IMG/VR virus record: IMGVR_UViG_3300027976_000010
Origin: an uncultured virus (IMG/VR IMGVR_UViG_3300027976_000010)
Taxonomy: Duplodnaviria; Heunggongvirae; Uroviricota; Caudoviricetes
Strand: one strand, 5' to 3'
Length of the DNA stretch: 56,778 nt
Shown: positions 44,865 to 55,970 of the stretch, piece after piece
Position numbering within the stretch: position 1 is the first letter of the stretch
Layout of the letters: each line of letters opens with the position of its first letter
Notes under the pieces: generated by a model
Databases searched by the model: none
Seen by the model: the letters and a program-made list of their open reading frames with translations, nothing else
Told to the model about the DNA's origin: nothing
Position numbers and translations under genes: made by a program

Positions 44865-47800
44865 ATGCCAGATGTAGATGTAGACGTAAAGTTCAGCACC
44901 AAGGGTCTTTCCGCTGTTTTGGCGTCCGTTAATGGCCTCAACGCGGCAATGTCAAAACAGAATAGAGGGCTAAGTAGTTACGGAAATAATCTGTCCGGCG
45001 CCATGAAGGGGCACCAAGGACTTAACAGGGAAGTTTCTATTAGCTCAAGATTAATGAATAAACTTAATAAGTCAATGCGCATGCTGTTCTGGACGGCAAT
45101 TGCATTTGTCGCCGAGTTTGTAATAACAGCAGCGACACTGGCGTCGGTTAACTTACTGCTTAAAACCGGACAGGCACTTTCCAAGGCATACGGGATAGCT
45201 CTCGGTGGCGTCGCTGCTGCCGTAGTATCTTTGACCGCCGCGATATCTGTCGGTTTGGCGGCGTTTGTTGAATATACCGCCGCTATGACGGCGTTTAATT
45301 ATAAGGGGAGCGCCGCTATCGGCGACGGGATGGCTCGGTCGGCTTCAGCAATGCGAAGCTTTGCGAAAGATACAGGTTTGGCCACTCTTGGTATAGTCGG
45401 CTTAACCCAGGCATACAAGGTCATGGCGATACAGGGGGCGGTGACGTCGGCCCAAAGAAGAGCGCTCGCAGGGGCTCTTGATTTTAGCGCCACAACAGCC
45501 GACCCGAGTAAGAGCGCCCAACAAATCGCCGCATTCATCGGTATTTTGGCTAAAGAAAAAAAATACGGAGCGAAATCAGCCGCCGCCGCTCAGCAAATTA
45601 GTCCAGAATTCGTAAAGGCAATTGGGTCTCAAAAGGATAAGTCCGCAGCCGGGATAATGCAAAATCTTGCCAGCGGGAGTATCTCCACGAAGGCTGGCCT
45701 TGGAGGTCAAAATGCGCTTATGTCCCAAACTCTAGTTGGGCAATTCAAAGCTTATACGGCATCATTGGCCATTCAGTTTGCGGATTTCGGCGAAGGTCTT
45801 CTTGAGCCAGTTAAGGATCTTCTGGAAAGTTATTTTAAAGTGCTGCGAAATACATTTAGAAGAATTCAAGGGGTGACGCAAGAGTTCGCAAAAATGAAGT
45901 TACTTCCCGGTATGACAACACTCGGAGAAAAACTTGGAAACTTTGTCGTTACACTAACTCGGAAATACCTGCCATTGGTTGAGGGCGCTTCGGGTTACCT
46001 TGCAAAAACATGGACCGACTTAAGAAAATCGTTTTCCGAATTTGTTGAATCTTTGCAAAAATTTAAAGCCGGGTCAACCATCATTACGAAAACATTCGGA
46101 CCGGCAATTATAGAGTTCTTTAAAGTATTTGGCCGAAATGCTGAAAAGCTAGCGTACCTCGCTGAAGATAATAAAGATACTTTTCTTACATGGGGAGTAG
46201 CGTTGCAGAATCTAATTGCGTCGCTCGGTGATTTTTTCGCCGGCTTAAAGGTGGCGTTTACAGAGGCATTGCCTGTTCTTACGGCGATCGTTAACGCGCT
46301 ATCGGCGCTATTGCGTGGGCTTGGGCGCGTCGCTAGCGCTGTTGGAACATTTCAGGCATTTGGCGGCCAGTTCGCTCCCGATGGGGGTGCTGGTAAAAGC
46401 GGAACAAGATTTGCCGGGCTTGGTCCATTCGCTGGGGCCGCGGTAGCCGGGGGAATGTTTATGGCTATGAGCAAAGGCAGAAGAAGGAGATTCCGTGGGG
46501 CCGTTCTAAATGACCCAGCGGCTGGAGCTAGCCGTTACGCCGCGGCCGTCGCAGGCAATCAAAAATCGATGAGTCAAACCATATTCGGTAGCGGTAGGGG
46601 CAGAACGCGTGCACTAGGTTCATTTAGCAGCGGAATAGATGACGTCGCTTCAGGGGTGGCCCTCAGTCGCTGGCGGGAAATAAATGGCCGGAATCAATAC
46701 GGCTTCCGTCAATTTTCCGAGAAAGAAATGCAGGCTGGTACGGCATTTAGCAAAGTCCGAGGCAATTTCATAACGCCGTATAACCCAAATTCGCCAGTTA
46801 ACCAATCAGCCATGCCACTGGGCCTCAGTGGGGCGGCCGCGAAACAGTGGCATAACCGCCGGATAACGACACAACTGAGAAGGGCGAATGCAGAAAATGC
46901 CAGTATTAGACAGCTCAGATTTAGAGATCTTCGTTCAAATAACGCATATAACACAGCGGTGGGATCCGGCAGAGGCCAAAGATTTGATGATGCGTTCAGG
47001 AATAGGGGGACCACTGGTCTTGGTGGTGTGGGCTTTAACCCACCATCGACATCTGCCGCGCGGTTCTTTGCCATTAAAACGAAAATGAACGCAGCAATGC
47101 GCGGCAGGGGCGAGCAAATGCAGGCCGGCCTAAGACAACAAATGTCCCCTGGACTAGGCATGGCCGGAATGATGTTGATGTCAAGCGGCGCACTTGACAA
47201 GATACAAGACAGAACTACGCGTAATGCCGCCACAGGGGCCGCAATGGGCTCGATCATGGGTGGAAAAGGAATGCTTATTGGCGGCGGACTCGGAATGATG
47301 GCGGGCCAAACAAGTTACGCAAAAGGAATGCTTGGCGGCGGAGCGGCCGGATACGCAACCGCGGCCTCGTTTACATCCGGGATGCCGGAACAGGTAAAGG
47401 CCGTAGCAAGAATCGCCGGTTTCTTAATCGGCACCGCGGCCGGGGCGATAATGGTCAAAAGTAACCGTACAAAACTTTCAAAGGCCGCTGCCAGCAGTAT
47501 TAATACCGGAATTATGAGCGATGTTGTAACCGCCATGTTGAGGGACAAAGACCTTTCAACAACCGGCGCGCGGGATGTCTTGAAGAGGAAAAGCGGACAG
47601 CGCGATTCCGCCATAAGACTGGGCGGGAAAGCAGGAATCCAACAATTATACGATCAGGGATTTTTTGGAAGCACCAGTACGGCGGAAGGGAAAACCGCCG
47701 CCCAGGCGGCCATGGCCAACGCGAACCTTGATCGCACTTCGTTCTATAAAACCGCCGGGGTAGGCTCATCCGTAGACACACAAAATAAGTTGGCGCTTGA

Positions 47801-49244
47801 TAATTTTGATGAAAGAATAAAACTATTAATGCAACGGTTTGGAGTTGATAGACGTGGCGCCGCCGCTATGGCGAAAAAGAGTGGGATTGATCTGTTTAAC
47901 ACATCGTTAACCGTTGGCAATATGTTTGAGCGCCTCGGTAAAAAAATGAGAATGACCGCCGAAGATCTTAAGTTCGCATTGCTGGATATCGGAGTCGGGG
48001 CGATGGCGGAGCTTGACAAGTTCCGCAAGCGTAGAGGCGTCACTGAAGCCGTAAGAAAACAAACAATGAACCTAAAGGAGCTTGGCGGCAATGCGACCGT
48101 TGATGATTTTATTGATTTCCAGCAAACGCAGTTTGATTACAATTCACTGATTAATGCCGATGATCCCGCGAAACAACTTCAGATGTTCGCTGATATGGCC
48201 AGCGGGGCAATGTTTAAGCCGGGTGGCTTATTTGACGGTAATAAAGAACTTGAAAGACAATTCAATACAAAATATGACATCGGCGGTGGCGTATTAGCGT
48301 CAGGGGCGGATATGTCTGCGGCGGCAGGGAAAAAGGGTCTTTCTGGTGCTGCCGGCGTGGGGGCCCAGGGCGTCGCCGGACTACTAGCCGATAGGGGTTT
48401 TGAATTAGATAATCAAGAAATGAGCCGGGTGACCACTCAGTTACAAAACGCCATAACGGGCGATCCTCAAAAACTTGGAGTGCTTCAAGACTTCCTTGCG
48501 AACAAAGATGTTTCAGCAATGGATGGCAATCAGATTTTGGAAGAAATGGCAAAGGTCGGGCTTATCGGCGATCTTACCGGCCTAAATGCAGAACGTTCAT
48601 TCCAGGCGCTAGTGGCCGAAAATCTCACCAAGCTTGGGGCCGAATGGGGACAGCAGTTCTTGGATGCACTGACGGTCGGATTTGATGACAAGCCAGAGTG
48701 GTGGGAAAATGCTCCGCCATGGTGGCAGAAGGGGCTGAAGGTTGACCAGAATGGGAATCCTACGCCCGACACCTATTCTCCACGGCGTGGTCTCGTGGGC
48801 GACACACGGATACCGCGGGCGCTTGGAGCGACACTCGGTGCCCACTCCAGGTTCGATTCCATGCTCACCGGAAGTCGCTCAATTACAAGTTCATTTAGAA
48901 CGGATATGCTCGGCTCTCCAAGTTCCGATCATTTAGCTGGTCGCGCATACGACCTAGTTGGCCAAAATCTCGGCCAGTATTCAAAGATGATTAATGACTC
49001 TGGCGGCTTTGCTGAATTCCATGGAGTTGGTGGAACTCGGCACCTTCATGTGGTCCCACCGCTGGGCGATACAAGAACATCACGATCAGTCAGTGGAGTA
49101 AAGGGATCCAAAGCTGGGAATAATGTAGTAACCCCGGTTACCGTTAATGTTTATGGGGGACCCGGCCAATCAGCCGAGCTACTTGCCCAAAAGGTTATGG
49201 ACGTAATCGCGCGGGCGCAACAAAATGCAGTAGAGCGGTCGTAA
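44865..49244 (+). CDS. Tape measure protein with a C-terminal M15-like zinc peptidase domain
   Basis: 1459 aa, Ala/Gly-rich and helical with hydrophobic segments, in the expected position; ITSSFR...SDHLAGRAYDL...HLHV near the C-terminus. Confidence 0.9.
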   Translation: MPDVDVDVKFSTKGLSAVLASVNGLNAAMSKQNRGLSSYGNNLSGAMKGHQGLNREVSISSRLMNKLNKSMRMLFWTAIAFVAEFVITAATLASVNLLLKTGQALSKAYGIALGGVAAAVVSLTAAISVGLAAFVEYTAAMTAFNYKGSAAIGDGMARSASAMRSFAKDTGLATLGIVGLTQAYKVMAIQGAVTSAQRRALAGALDFSATTADPSKSAQQIAAFIGILAKEKKYGAKSAAAAQQISPEFVKAIGSQKDKSAAGIMQNLASGSISTKAGLGGQNALMSQTLVGQFKAYTASLAIQFADFGEGLLEPVKDLLESYFKVLRNTFRRIQGVTQEFAKMKLLPGMTTLGEKLGNFVVTLTRKYLPLVEGASGYLAKTWTDLRKSFSEFVESLQKFKAGSTIITKTFGPAIIEFFKVFGRNAEKLAYLAEDNKDTFLTWGVALQNLIASLGDFFAGLKVAFTEALPVLTAIVNALSALLRGLGRVASAVGTFQAFGGQFAPDGGAGKSGTRFAGLGPFAGAAVAGGMFMAMSKGRRRRFRGAVLNDPAAGASRYAAAVAGNQKSMSQTIFGSGRGRTRALGSFSSGIDDVASGVALSRWREINGRNQYGFRQFSEKEMQAGTAFSKVRGNFITPYNPNSPVNQSAMPLGLSGAAAKQWHNRRITTQLRRANAENASIRQLRFRDLRSNNAYNTAVGSGRGQRFDDAFRNRGTTGLGGVGFNPPSTSAARFFAIKTKMNAAMRGRGEQMQAGLRQQMSPGLGMAGMMLMSSGALDKIQDRTTRNAATGAAMGSIMGGKGMLIGGGLGMMAGQTSYAKGMLGGGAAGYATAASFTSGMPEQVKAVARIAGFLIGTAAGAIMVKSNRTKLSKAAASSINTGIMSDVVTAMLRDKDLSTTGARDVLKRKSGQRDSAIRLGGKAGIQQLYDQGFFGSTSTAEGKTAAQAAMANANLDRTSFYKTAGVGSSVDTQNKLALDNFDERIKLLMQRFGVDRRGAAAMAKKSGIDLFNTSLTVGNMFERLGKKMRMTAEDLKFALLDIGVGAMAELDKFRKRRGVTEAVRKQTMNLKELGGNATVDDFIDFQQTQFDYNSLINADDPAKQLQMFADMASGAMFKPGGLFDGNKELERQFNTKYDIGGGVLASGADMSAAAGKKGLSGAAGVGAQGVAGLLADRGFELDNQEMSRVTTQLQNAITGDPQKLGVLQDFLANKDVSAMDGNQILEEMAKVGLIGDLTGLNAERSFQALVAENLTKLGAEWGQQFLDALTVGFDDKPEWWENAPPWWQKGLKVDQNGNPTPDTYSPRRGLVGDTRIPRALGATLGAHSRFDSMLTGSRSITSSFRTDMLGSPSSDHLAGRAYDLVGQNLGQYSKMINDSGGFAEFHGVGGTRHLHVVPPLGDTRTSRSVSGVKGSKAGNNVVTPVTVNVYGGPGQSAELLAQKVMDVIARAQQNAVERS

Positions 49245-49245
49245 C

Positions 49246-50958
49246 ATGGCATTCGGCAGAGAACGCGTAAGCACGGAGCTCACGATCCTAATTCCCTCAC
49301 GTGAGGCGGCTAAATCCAGCGCCCTATCAACGAAAAGAGCCGGGGATCTTGCCATGGCCGGGCCGCAGGCTAGATCAATGGAGCAGGCAACCGTTATTGG
49401 CAAAGCGGCTCGACTGCTTTATGAATTTCCTTTTGGGATTTCATCATTTACGCACGACGGCATTGGCCTGTCCTATTCGGAAATACAGAGACCTTTAAAT
49501 ACTCCATTATTGGATACCGCCAACGCCAAATTGGAACGATGTTCTTTTGAATTCGTCATTGCTCATCCGCTCGATTCTTTATTTATATCAATCGATGATT
49601 CGCTAAATTTGCTAAAAGATATGGCCAATGAGAATACACCAGTAACTTTTAAAAATGTTCATAAATTACTGTCGGGGAAATCTTGGAATATAGATTCCCT
49701 TGGGTTTACCATCACCAGAATAAATCAAGCCGGCGCAGCAACGGCCTGCACCGCCACAATAAGTCTTATAGAAAACATCCCGAGACCTAATGAACGATTT
49801 TTGTCGCTGCCGAAATTTTCTTATGTTGTTCCAAAGGGGAGTTCTGCTACCGGTGGTGGCCGCGGTGGTGGCACTACTACTGGATCCACCTGGAAAGTAT
49901 ACGCCATAACACTTCCAAGCCAGAACCAACTAAATCTGTTTGTTACAACACTGACAACTGGTGGTAATACAATAGCGGACGGCGTGACTATAGGGCTAAC
50001 CGGCATTGGCACTCCGACCCCCCTTAGCGATCCGGGGTTCTTTGACAAATTGGGCATTAAGGTCGCCTCGGTTACCACGGTTAGCGAGCTCGTGAATGTC
50101 GGCGTAACGCCCGTTGCATTAAAGGGGAAAATTACTATTAATCTGCAAAATCCCGTTAATAACCATATTTTTCCTACCGGTATTATTGCGGGTTATATTG
50201 CAGACATGCAACTCGTTGATGGTAGATTGACATTCGGCACCGGCATAAGCCTTACCGGATCCAGCCCAAAGCCGGAGCAAGGGGATTCCAAGGGGGTGTC
50301 GTATAATGTCATTGCCTACCGAAGAGCACACCTGGAAGGAAATGTTGAAATTCGGGTCGTTTCAGACGAAATAGGTAATTTTTTGCCGCAAAGCATAATC
50401 ACCGTTGCGTCCCAAACGGATGCATTCCCAAGCAGTATAGTCGGGCGAGGTTTTGTTGTGGCGGGGGTTGTTGCGACGACAACAGCGGGGCAGTACATCG
50501 TCTCCTACCAAGCATCTGCGCCGACCGCAGTTGATGGCGCCATGATACTCGCTAATGGGTGGATGCAGGTTACTAAAGCTAATATACCCAACGCAGGCGT
50601 TCTGACAAATATGAACCTCAGCAACAGAAATCCAAATACGGGTAGAGTGGTTCTGTCGGGGGCCGATGTGTGGGAGAGTATTATATTGGGAAAAACAAAG
50701 GTTCCATGGCCAACTGTGGACAAAGCATTTGATGCGAACCAGGTACGCGCAAGCAGCTTTGACAATTTGTCAAAGGATACGGAGAGCAAACGGGCGTTCA
50801 TAGCAGCGTGGGATATATTTAACCGAAATATGAGGATTACGGAAATGCCCCTTGATATAGCCGATACCAAATTTGTACTCGAGTTTAAGAGCGTGGTGAC
50901 CGGCGACGGCTGGTTGGATAATGGAAAACGACGAGGGTACTTTAGGATAACCGGCTAA
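49246..50958 (+). CDS. Baseplate / tube-initiator-like protein with a beta-rich extension
   Basis: Follows the tape measure; YSEIQRP...CSFEF...WNIDSL...ATISLIE pattern of tube-fold initiators. Confidence 0.65.
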   Translation: MAFGRERVSTELTILIPSREAAKSSALSTKRAGDLAMAGPQARSMEQATVIGKAARLLYEFPFGISSFTHDGIGLSYSEIQRPLNTPLLDTANAKLERCSFEFVIAHPLDSLFISIDDSLNLLKDMANENTPVTFKNVHKLLSGKSWNIDSLGFTITRINQAGAATACTATISLIENIPRPNERFLSLPKFSYVVPKGSSATGGGRGGGTTTGSTWKVYAITLPSQNQLNLFVTTLTTGGNTIADGVTIGLTGIGTPTPLSDPGFFDKLGIKVASVTTVSELVNVGVTPVALKGKITINLQNPVNNHIFPTGIIAGYIADMQLVDGRLTFGTGISLTGSSPKPEQGDSKGVSYNVIAYRRAHLEGNVEIRVVSDEIGNFLPQSIITVASQTDAFPSSIVGRGFVVAGVVATTTAGQYIVSYQASAPTAVDGAMILANGWMQVTKANIPNAGVLTNMNLSNRNPNTGRVVLSGADVWESIILGKTKVPWPTVDKAFDANQVRASSFDNLSKDTESKRAFIAAWDIFNRNMRITEMPLDIADTKFVLEFKSVVTGDGWLDNGKRRGYFRITG

Positions 50959-50973
50959 ATACAGGAGAAAATT

Positions 50974-52473
50974 TTGTCCAGCGAACCCATATATACCGGA
51001 TACCCCAAGTGGCCCGTCCCCATTGAGTGGGGAAATATGATTCTTGAATCACGGCCACAGGTGCGAACAAGCACGGCTAATGGAATCACAAAAATCAATG
51101 CTAACGGCAAAGATTTTTCCACCCTGATAACGGCGACAATAAATTTACGGGAAAAGGGCAAAAAAATACAAATAAATCTGCCGTTATTAAGCACAAACGG
51201 CAGAAAAATTTACACGCAGGTTGAAGCCCTTGCGCAATATAAAAAGGATGGATTTCATTTAGGTAAATTCACATTAGACAAAATTAATTACCATAAAAGA
51301 TCTGACCCAAAGGGTACGACGCCACTCCATTACGTCGCCGCCGTCTATGCCGAGTTATTAAGTATCTCGGAAGGCAAAAAAATTACCGCTCAGCTGGTTC
51401 GCCTAAAAACGGCATTTAATGCAAAAGATTATTCAATTTCGGAATCGCCAAGCGTAGAAGATGTGTTAAATATTTTCAATATTTCAGGGCTCCCGGATAC
51501 GGAACAAAGAACGGTGGCCGGGCGCCTTATATCTCTGTCTGTTAGTTATGACTGGGGTCAATCGTCCCAAATCGCACTATCGTTTTACGACCCGGACTAC
51601 ACGATGATAGAAAATCGCTATTTTGATGTTCGTAGAGATGTCACCTATCGCGGGCTAAAATATGAAATCGGGAGTGTGACATCCGGCCCAGGACAGGGCG
51701 GTTCTCCTGTTGTGAATATTCAGTGTTGGCCCAAATCGGTTCAACTCATGAAGCGAGATAAACGGCCTCAGAATATCGCCGGGACAAACGGATATGACTA
51801 CGCAAAAGCAATAGCCCGAGCCATGAACCTTGGTTTTGCCGGACGGAAATCAGGGAAACAACAGGCCCTGGTTAAAGCGAGCAATAGCACAACAGACGAA
51901 AGTGTCTGGAATGTTTTCACTAGTTCCGGAACCGAAAACGCATATATCGCCTTTGAGTGTGACGGGCAGTTAATATACGGATCACAGTCATGGATGCTCT
52001 GGAAATTCGGGCTGTCTTCAAAGATTAGCCCCAAAGGGGTGCCGCAAAAATATATTGATCTGCGTTATGATCCCAATAAACCAAACAATGGAGCCATACC
52101 CGCCCACATGGTTGAGGAACCGTTTTTTTTATATGATGACGCTCTGTTGCCCGGAGGCGGAAATCCGATCATCCCCACAATCATACAAACACCCGTTCCG
52201 GATAATGGGGTTTTTGAGTTAACAACATGGCCAAATGTTGAATATTCTGAAAATAATGCCCTTCAGGGAAACGGTAGCGCATCGGTTGCTTCGCCGAATG
52301 GAAAATTGTTACGCCCCGGTTATACCGTATACTTAACATCAGTGCCGCCATTTTTTAGAGGCGGTTATTTGGTTAGCAGCGTAAGCTTTGATGAGTTCAA
52401 CAATCAACCGGTTCAAATACAATTTCAAACTCCTGAAAAACCCAAAGATCAACAGAAGCCAGTTACGGAATAG
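50974..52473 (+). CDS. Baseplate hub protein (gp27/gpD-like) with an extra N-terminal domain
   Basis: SQIALSFYDP, AFECDGQLIYGS, LRPGYTVYL...GGYLVSSV; synteny. Confidence 0.75.
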   Translation: MSSEPIYTGYPKWPVPIEWGNMILESRPQVRTSTANGITKINANGKDFSTLITATINLREKGKKIQINLPLLSTNGRKIYTQVEALAQYKKDGFHLGKFTLDKINYHKRSDPKGTTPLHYVAAVYAELLSISEGKKITAQLVRLKTAFNAKDYSISESPSVEDVLNIFNISGLPDTEQRTVAGRLISLSVSYDWGQSSQIALSFYDPDYTMIENRYFDVRRDVTYRGLKYEIGSVTSGPGQGGSPVVNIQCWPKSVQLMKRDKRPQNIAGTNGYDYAKAIARAMNLGFAGRKSGKQQALVKASNSTTDESVWNVFTSSGTENAYIAFECDGQLIYGSQSWMLWKFGLSSKISPKGVPQKYIDLRYDPNKPNNGAIPAHMVEEPFFLYDDALLPGGGNPIIPTIIQTPVPDNGVFELTTWPNVEYSENNALQGNGSASVASPNGKLLRPGYTVYLTSVPPFFRGGYLVSSVSFDEFNNQPVQIQFQTPEKPKDQQKPVTE

Positions 52474-52478
52474 GATCC

Positions 52479-52877
52479 ATGCTAAACGCACGCTTTACGC
52501 CAATAAACCGCGGCAAGGGATCCCAAAATCTGCTCGTCCCAAATGCTACATATATCGCCAAGGTGGTCCGCACATCCGGGGGCGTTTATGTAAATGTCCC
52601 AAATTTATCGCCAAACCAAATTTTTGGTCCGTGTAAGGTATTCACAAAATATCCGGTTGTTGGCGAATCGGTTCTCGTGGGATTTCTTGAGGGGAAGCGG
52701 AGTAATCTTGTGCTCCTTGGTAGTGGCGGACAGAATTATCGTCTATCAAACGTGGATACGCCCACCCTGGACAAGGATGCCGCTAATAAGAAATATGTTG
52801 ACGACCAAATATTGGCATTACAGACCCAACTTACGATCCTCATCGACCTTCGCTCGCCGAATACTCACACCCACTAA
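52479..52877 (+). CDS. Baseplate spike (gpV-like OB-fold)
   Basis: AKVV...VNVP...PVVGESVLVGFLEG...LVLLG; also DAANKKYVD. Confidence 0.8.
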   Translation: MLNARFTPINRGKGSQNLLVPNATYIAKVVRTSGGVYVNVPNLSPNQIFGPCKVFTKYPVVGESVLVGFLEGKRSNLVLLGSGGQNYRLSNVDTPTLDKDAANKKYVDDQILALQTQLTILIDLRSPNTHTH

Positions 52878-52906
52878 AAACCCGATTGTGATGGCACACT
52901 AGTTAT

Positions 52907-53209
52907 ATGCAAACCTTAGTATTTCCCCTGACATTCGGGAGCAATGGACGGGCGGCCGTCTATGACAGCTCTCAGCGCGTTTTTTTTGACCAAGTAATTG
53001 CCCTGACGGTGCGGATTGAACCAGGAGAACTACCGCTTGATCCCGGCTTTGGAACCGTCGACCCGACATTTGATACCGGAGAGCCAAATGGGCTAAGATC
53101 TTCATTGGCTCAATATTGGCCGCAGATCAGAGTTAGCGCAATTGAACGTTTTGATATTTCGGATAGCGGAAATGTCAGCATATTCGTAGACTACACAACA
53201 GAGGATTAA
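52907..53209 (+). CDS. Baseplate wedge protein (gp25/gpW-like)
   Basis: PGELPLDPGFG and YWPQIRV motifs. Confidence 0.82.
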   Translation: MQTLVFPLTFGSNGRAAVYDSSQRVFFDQVIALTVRIEPGELPLDPGFGTVDPTFDTGEPNGLRSSLAQYWPQIRVSAIERFDISDSGNVSIFVDYTTED

Positions 53210-53210
53210 T

Positions 53211-54737
53211 ATGGCGTCCCCGGATTTTAGTACATACATAGATTTCACCGAGTTTGACAAGCAGCCCGGGATCCTGTATCTAGATGCAGTTACCTACGCG
53301 CAAGAGGCTCTTCCTGAATTTAATCCAACGCCGGGGACCATAGAGGACGCTCTTCTACAGGCCGGAGCGTATATTGGCGCCGCGACAATGGGGGCCATTA
53401 ATAGGTTGCCGGACGGATTAATGGAAGGCGTGCTGGCGATGTTGGGTGTCTCCAGGGATGACGCCACATCGTCAACAGTCGACGTTGAATTTGAATTATT
53501 TGACGCCGGGGATGTCGTGGAAGGGTCTACGACATATATCTATAGTTTTTTTGACGGCGTTCAAACGCTTGAATACCCATTCGTACTATTAAACGGCATT
53601 GTTGCTCTCGCCGGAGAAACAACCGTCGCCGGATCGCTAGTGTCATCGGTTGTCGGAGTAATACCGGCAATCGCAATCGGGACACAGCTAACCCCGGCCT
53701 CCCCTAGCTCTACATTATTCTCTGTTACAACGACATCCGCTGTTAGTTCCGGATCGTCAGCCGAATCTGATAGTGAATTTCTAGATAGGGCTGTTACTTA
53801 TTTACAGAGTCTTAGTAGGGTTTTGACTACTGCGACGCAAATTGAAAATTATATTTTGCTTACATACGCATCTACCGTAAAACGGTGTAAGGTTTATGAT
53901 TTAGTACAAGCTGCGCAGTTTTCGGCATCCGCGGAGAACTCTACGCACTCTGGGACGGTAGCCACAATAACCACCAGCGCGGCTTTTGGGGCGGCGTCCG
54001 AAATGGTTATTTCCGAAGGACCCCCAATTGATGGAACGACATACAGGATTATAACTCCACAATTTTACGGCGTGGACGGATATACCGAAGCGTTGAGAAG
54101 TGGCACGTTCACCGTCAGTAGTGACTCCCTGGTGGTAGACGGAACAACCGGAACCGTGACATACGACGATGGCGTTAGCTCGGAAATAGATCCCGGTCCG
54201 CTCGTGGATGTTGTGATGATGGATACGCTTTTATCAACATATGTTGCAAACAATCAAATAGCTGGGAACTTCACTATTTTTGTATCCGGAGATGATGGAG
54301 CGCCAATTGGCCGTACACAAAAAACAGCAATTTATACCGACGTCGCGGGCAGGATACAAGCCGGGCTTAATTTCACGGTTTTAGATGCGTGGACGTACGA
54401 CATAGGCGTGACCATTACCCTAAGCGTTTTATCCGGACACGTTTCTTCCGATGTGGTGTCGGCGGTAACGGAAGAAATTGAAGAATATATATCCCCGAAT
54501 AACTGGGCGAATTTTGGGACAGAAATGCGGCTGTACGATATTGTGGGAAGGGCGCTATCCACGCCCGGGGTAGCATATATCTCGTCCGTCGTTGGTTCGA
54601 TCCCGTCGTATCCAGATTCCCATACGGGGAATCAGCTACTTGTTTCAGAAGTCGCCCCAGGCGGGCAGATCACCGGTTATAGCTCTATGTATATCGGATT
54701 ACTCCCACGCGCAAGCGTTACTGTTGTGGCCCTGTAA
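53211..54737 (+). CDS. Baseplate J-like protein
   Basis: PEFNPTPGTIEDALL, GSSAESDSEFLDRA, VLTTATQIENY, TPGVAYI. Confidence 0.85.
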   Translation: MASPDFSTYIDFTEFDKQPGILYLDAVTYAQEALPEFNPTPGTIEDALLQAGAYIGAATMGAINRLPDGLMEGVLAMLGVSRDDATSSTVDVEFELFDAGDVVEGSTTYIYSFFDGVQTLEYPFVLLNGIVALAGETTVAGSLVSSVVGVIPAIAIGTQLTPASPSSTLFSVTTTSAVSSGSSAESDSEFLDRAVTYLQSLSRVLTTATQIENYILLTYASTVKRCKVYDLVQAAQFSASAENSTHSGTVATITTSAAFGAASEMVISEGPPIDGTTYRIITPQFYGVDGYTEALRSGTFTVSSDSLVVDGTTGTVTYDDGVSSEIDPGPLVDVVMMDTLLSTYVANNQIAGNFTIFVSGDDGAPIGRTQKTAIYTDVAGRIQAGLNFTVLDAWTYDIGVTITLSVLSGHVSSDVVSAVTEEIEEYISPNNWANFGTEMRLYDIVGRALSTPGVAYISSVVGSIPSYPDSHTGNQLLVSEVAPGGQITGYSSMYIGLLPRASVTVVAL

Positions 54738-55961
54738 ATGGCTGCTGTAATAAATCGCCTGAGCGCCGATGCGTCAAAATTAAAGAATTTAAACGCATCC
54801 GGTTTATGGATTTCCAATAACTGCTCGGTCGACTCAACGGAAAATTCGGAATTCTCTACAGATACGACATATAAACAATTACGGATTTCGCCTACGGCCG
54901 CATCGTGTTCATTATCTTTAGATGTTGTAAAACTTAATGAAGAGGATATCGGCGAAGATATTATATTAACATTCGCCACTGCGGTGCCATCCGGCGGATC
55001 GATTGCTATAGTTCTTGGCGATGCGCTGGGTCTCGGCCCAGATGTTACAACTAACTACACAATCGCAGCCACAAACGCGGAGGGCATCTCACAGACGGGC
55101 CTTGACAACCCAAGATGGGGCATTGTCCGAAGCGAAAAAATAAACCTTATACAGCGAAATTCCGTCGGGCCACACCTAAAAATTACGATTACCTTTACTC
55201 CCAATTCTCAATCAGATGTTATTTTATTCACGCGTCCAGTTGTATCTGGGAAATATGATTTTTGGAAATACGGGGAGGCGACACGCCAGCTGGCCAAGAA
55301 AATGCCGGACCACCTGGTTAACTCGCAGCCGTACCAGCAGGAGCCGGACGATGCATTTTTAAGATTTGTCGACGTGGCGTTTGAGTCATCCGATAGATCG
55401 ATTAAGGCCCTGTATCGGTACAGATACCAAAATGACCTTTTGTTTTATGTCCCAGATGATGACGCCGCCAAAAGTAGACTTGTTGATCCGGATTTTGTAG
55501 ACAATGGCGCCCTGCCGTGGCTGATCCAGTTTTCCGGAACTGAGCCTATAAAAAAACTAAACTCATCGGTGGATCCATCGGATCCGTTTATACTTAATAG
55601 CAGTCTTCTTGATGGCCCAGATACCATTAGATTTTCGGCGTCCGGGGAACTGGATCCGCCGACCAATACGTCTGAAGTACAGCGCGAATTTCAGTCATGG
55701 CAGGCAAAATACGGATTTTACGGCATGGCCGCTGGAACCATTCCGGCAATTGAATCCGCAGTTAAACGAGTAATGATTGGTGAAAAAGCAGTGGTAATCA
55801 CCCACCAGCCATACGGCCCATTTACGCTTTTGATTGAAACGCCCTGGGACCAAACATACGGCGGCGCCGAAGACTTGATCGGAACGAGTTCGCCAATAGT
55901 GGTAGAAGCCGTTAACTACGCCAAACCGGTCGGCGTGAAAATTGAACATATCTTTACATAG
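54738..55961 (+). CDS. Baseplate wedge / tail protein I-like
   Basis: FLRFVD, LVDPD...LPWLIQFSG, GTIPAIESAVK, AKPVGVKI. Confidence 0.78.
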   Translation: MAAVINRLSADASKLKNLNASGLWISNNCSVDSTENSEFSTDTTYKQLRISPTAASCSLSLDVVKLNEEDIGEDIILTFATAVPSGGSIAIVLGDALGLGPDVTTNYTIAATNAEGISQTGLDNPRWGIVRSEKINLIQRNSVGPHLKITITFTPNSQSDVILFTRPVVSGKYDFWKYGEATRQLAKKMPDHLVNSQPYQQEPDDAFLRFVDVAFESSDRSIKALYRYRYQNDLLFYVPDDDAAKSRLVDPDFVDNGALPWLIQFSGTEPIKKLNSSVDPSDPFILNSSLLDGPDTIRFSASGELDPPTNTSEVQREFQSWQAKYGFYGMAAGTIPAIESAVKRVMIGEKAVVITHQPYGPFTLLIETPWDQTYGGAEDLIGTSSPIVVEAVNYAKPVGVKIEHIFT

Positions 55962-55970
55962 GGGGGCCAT

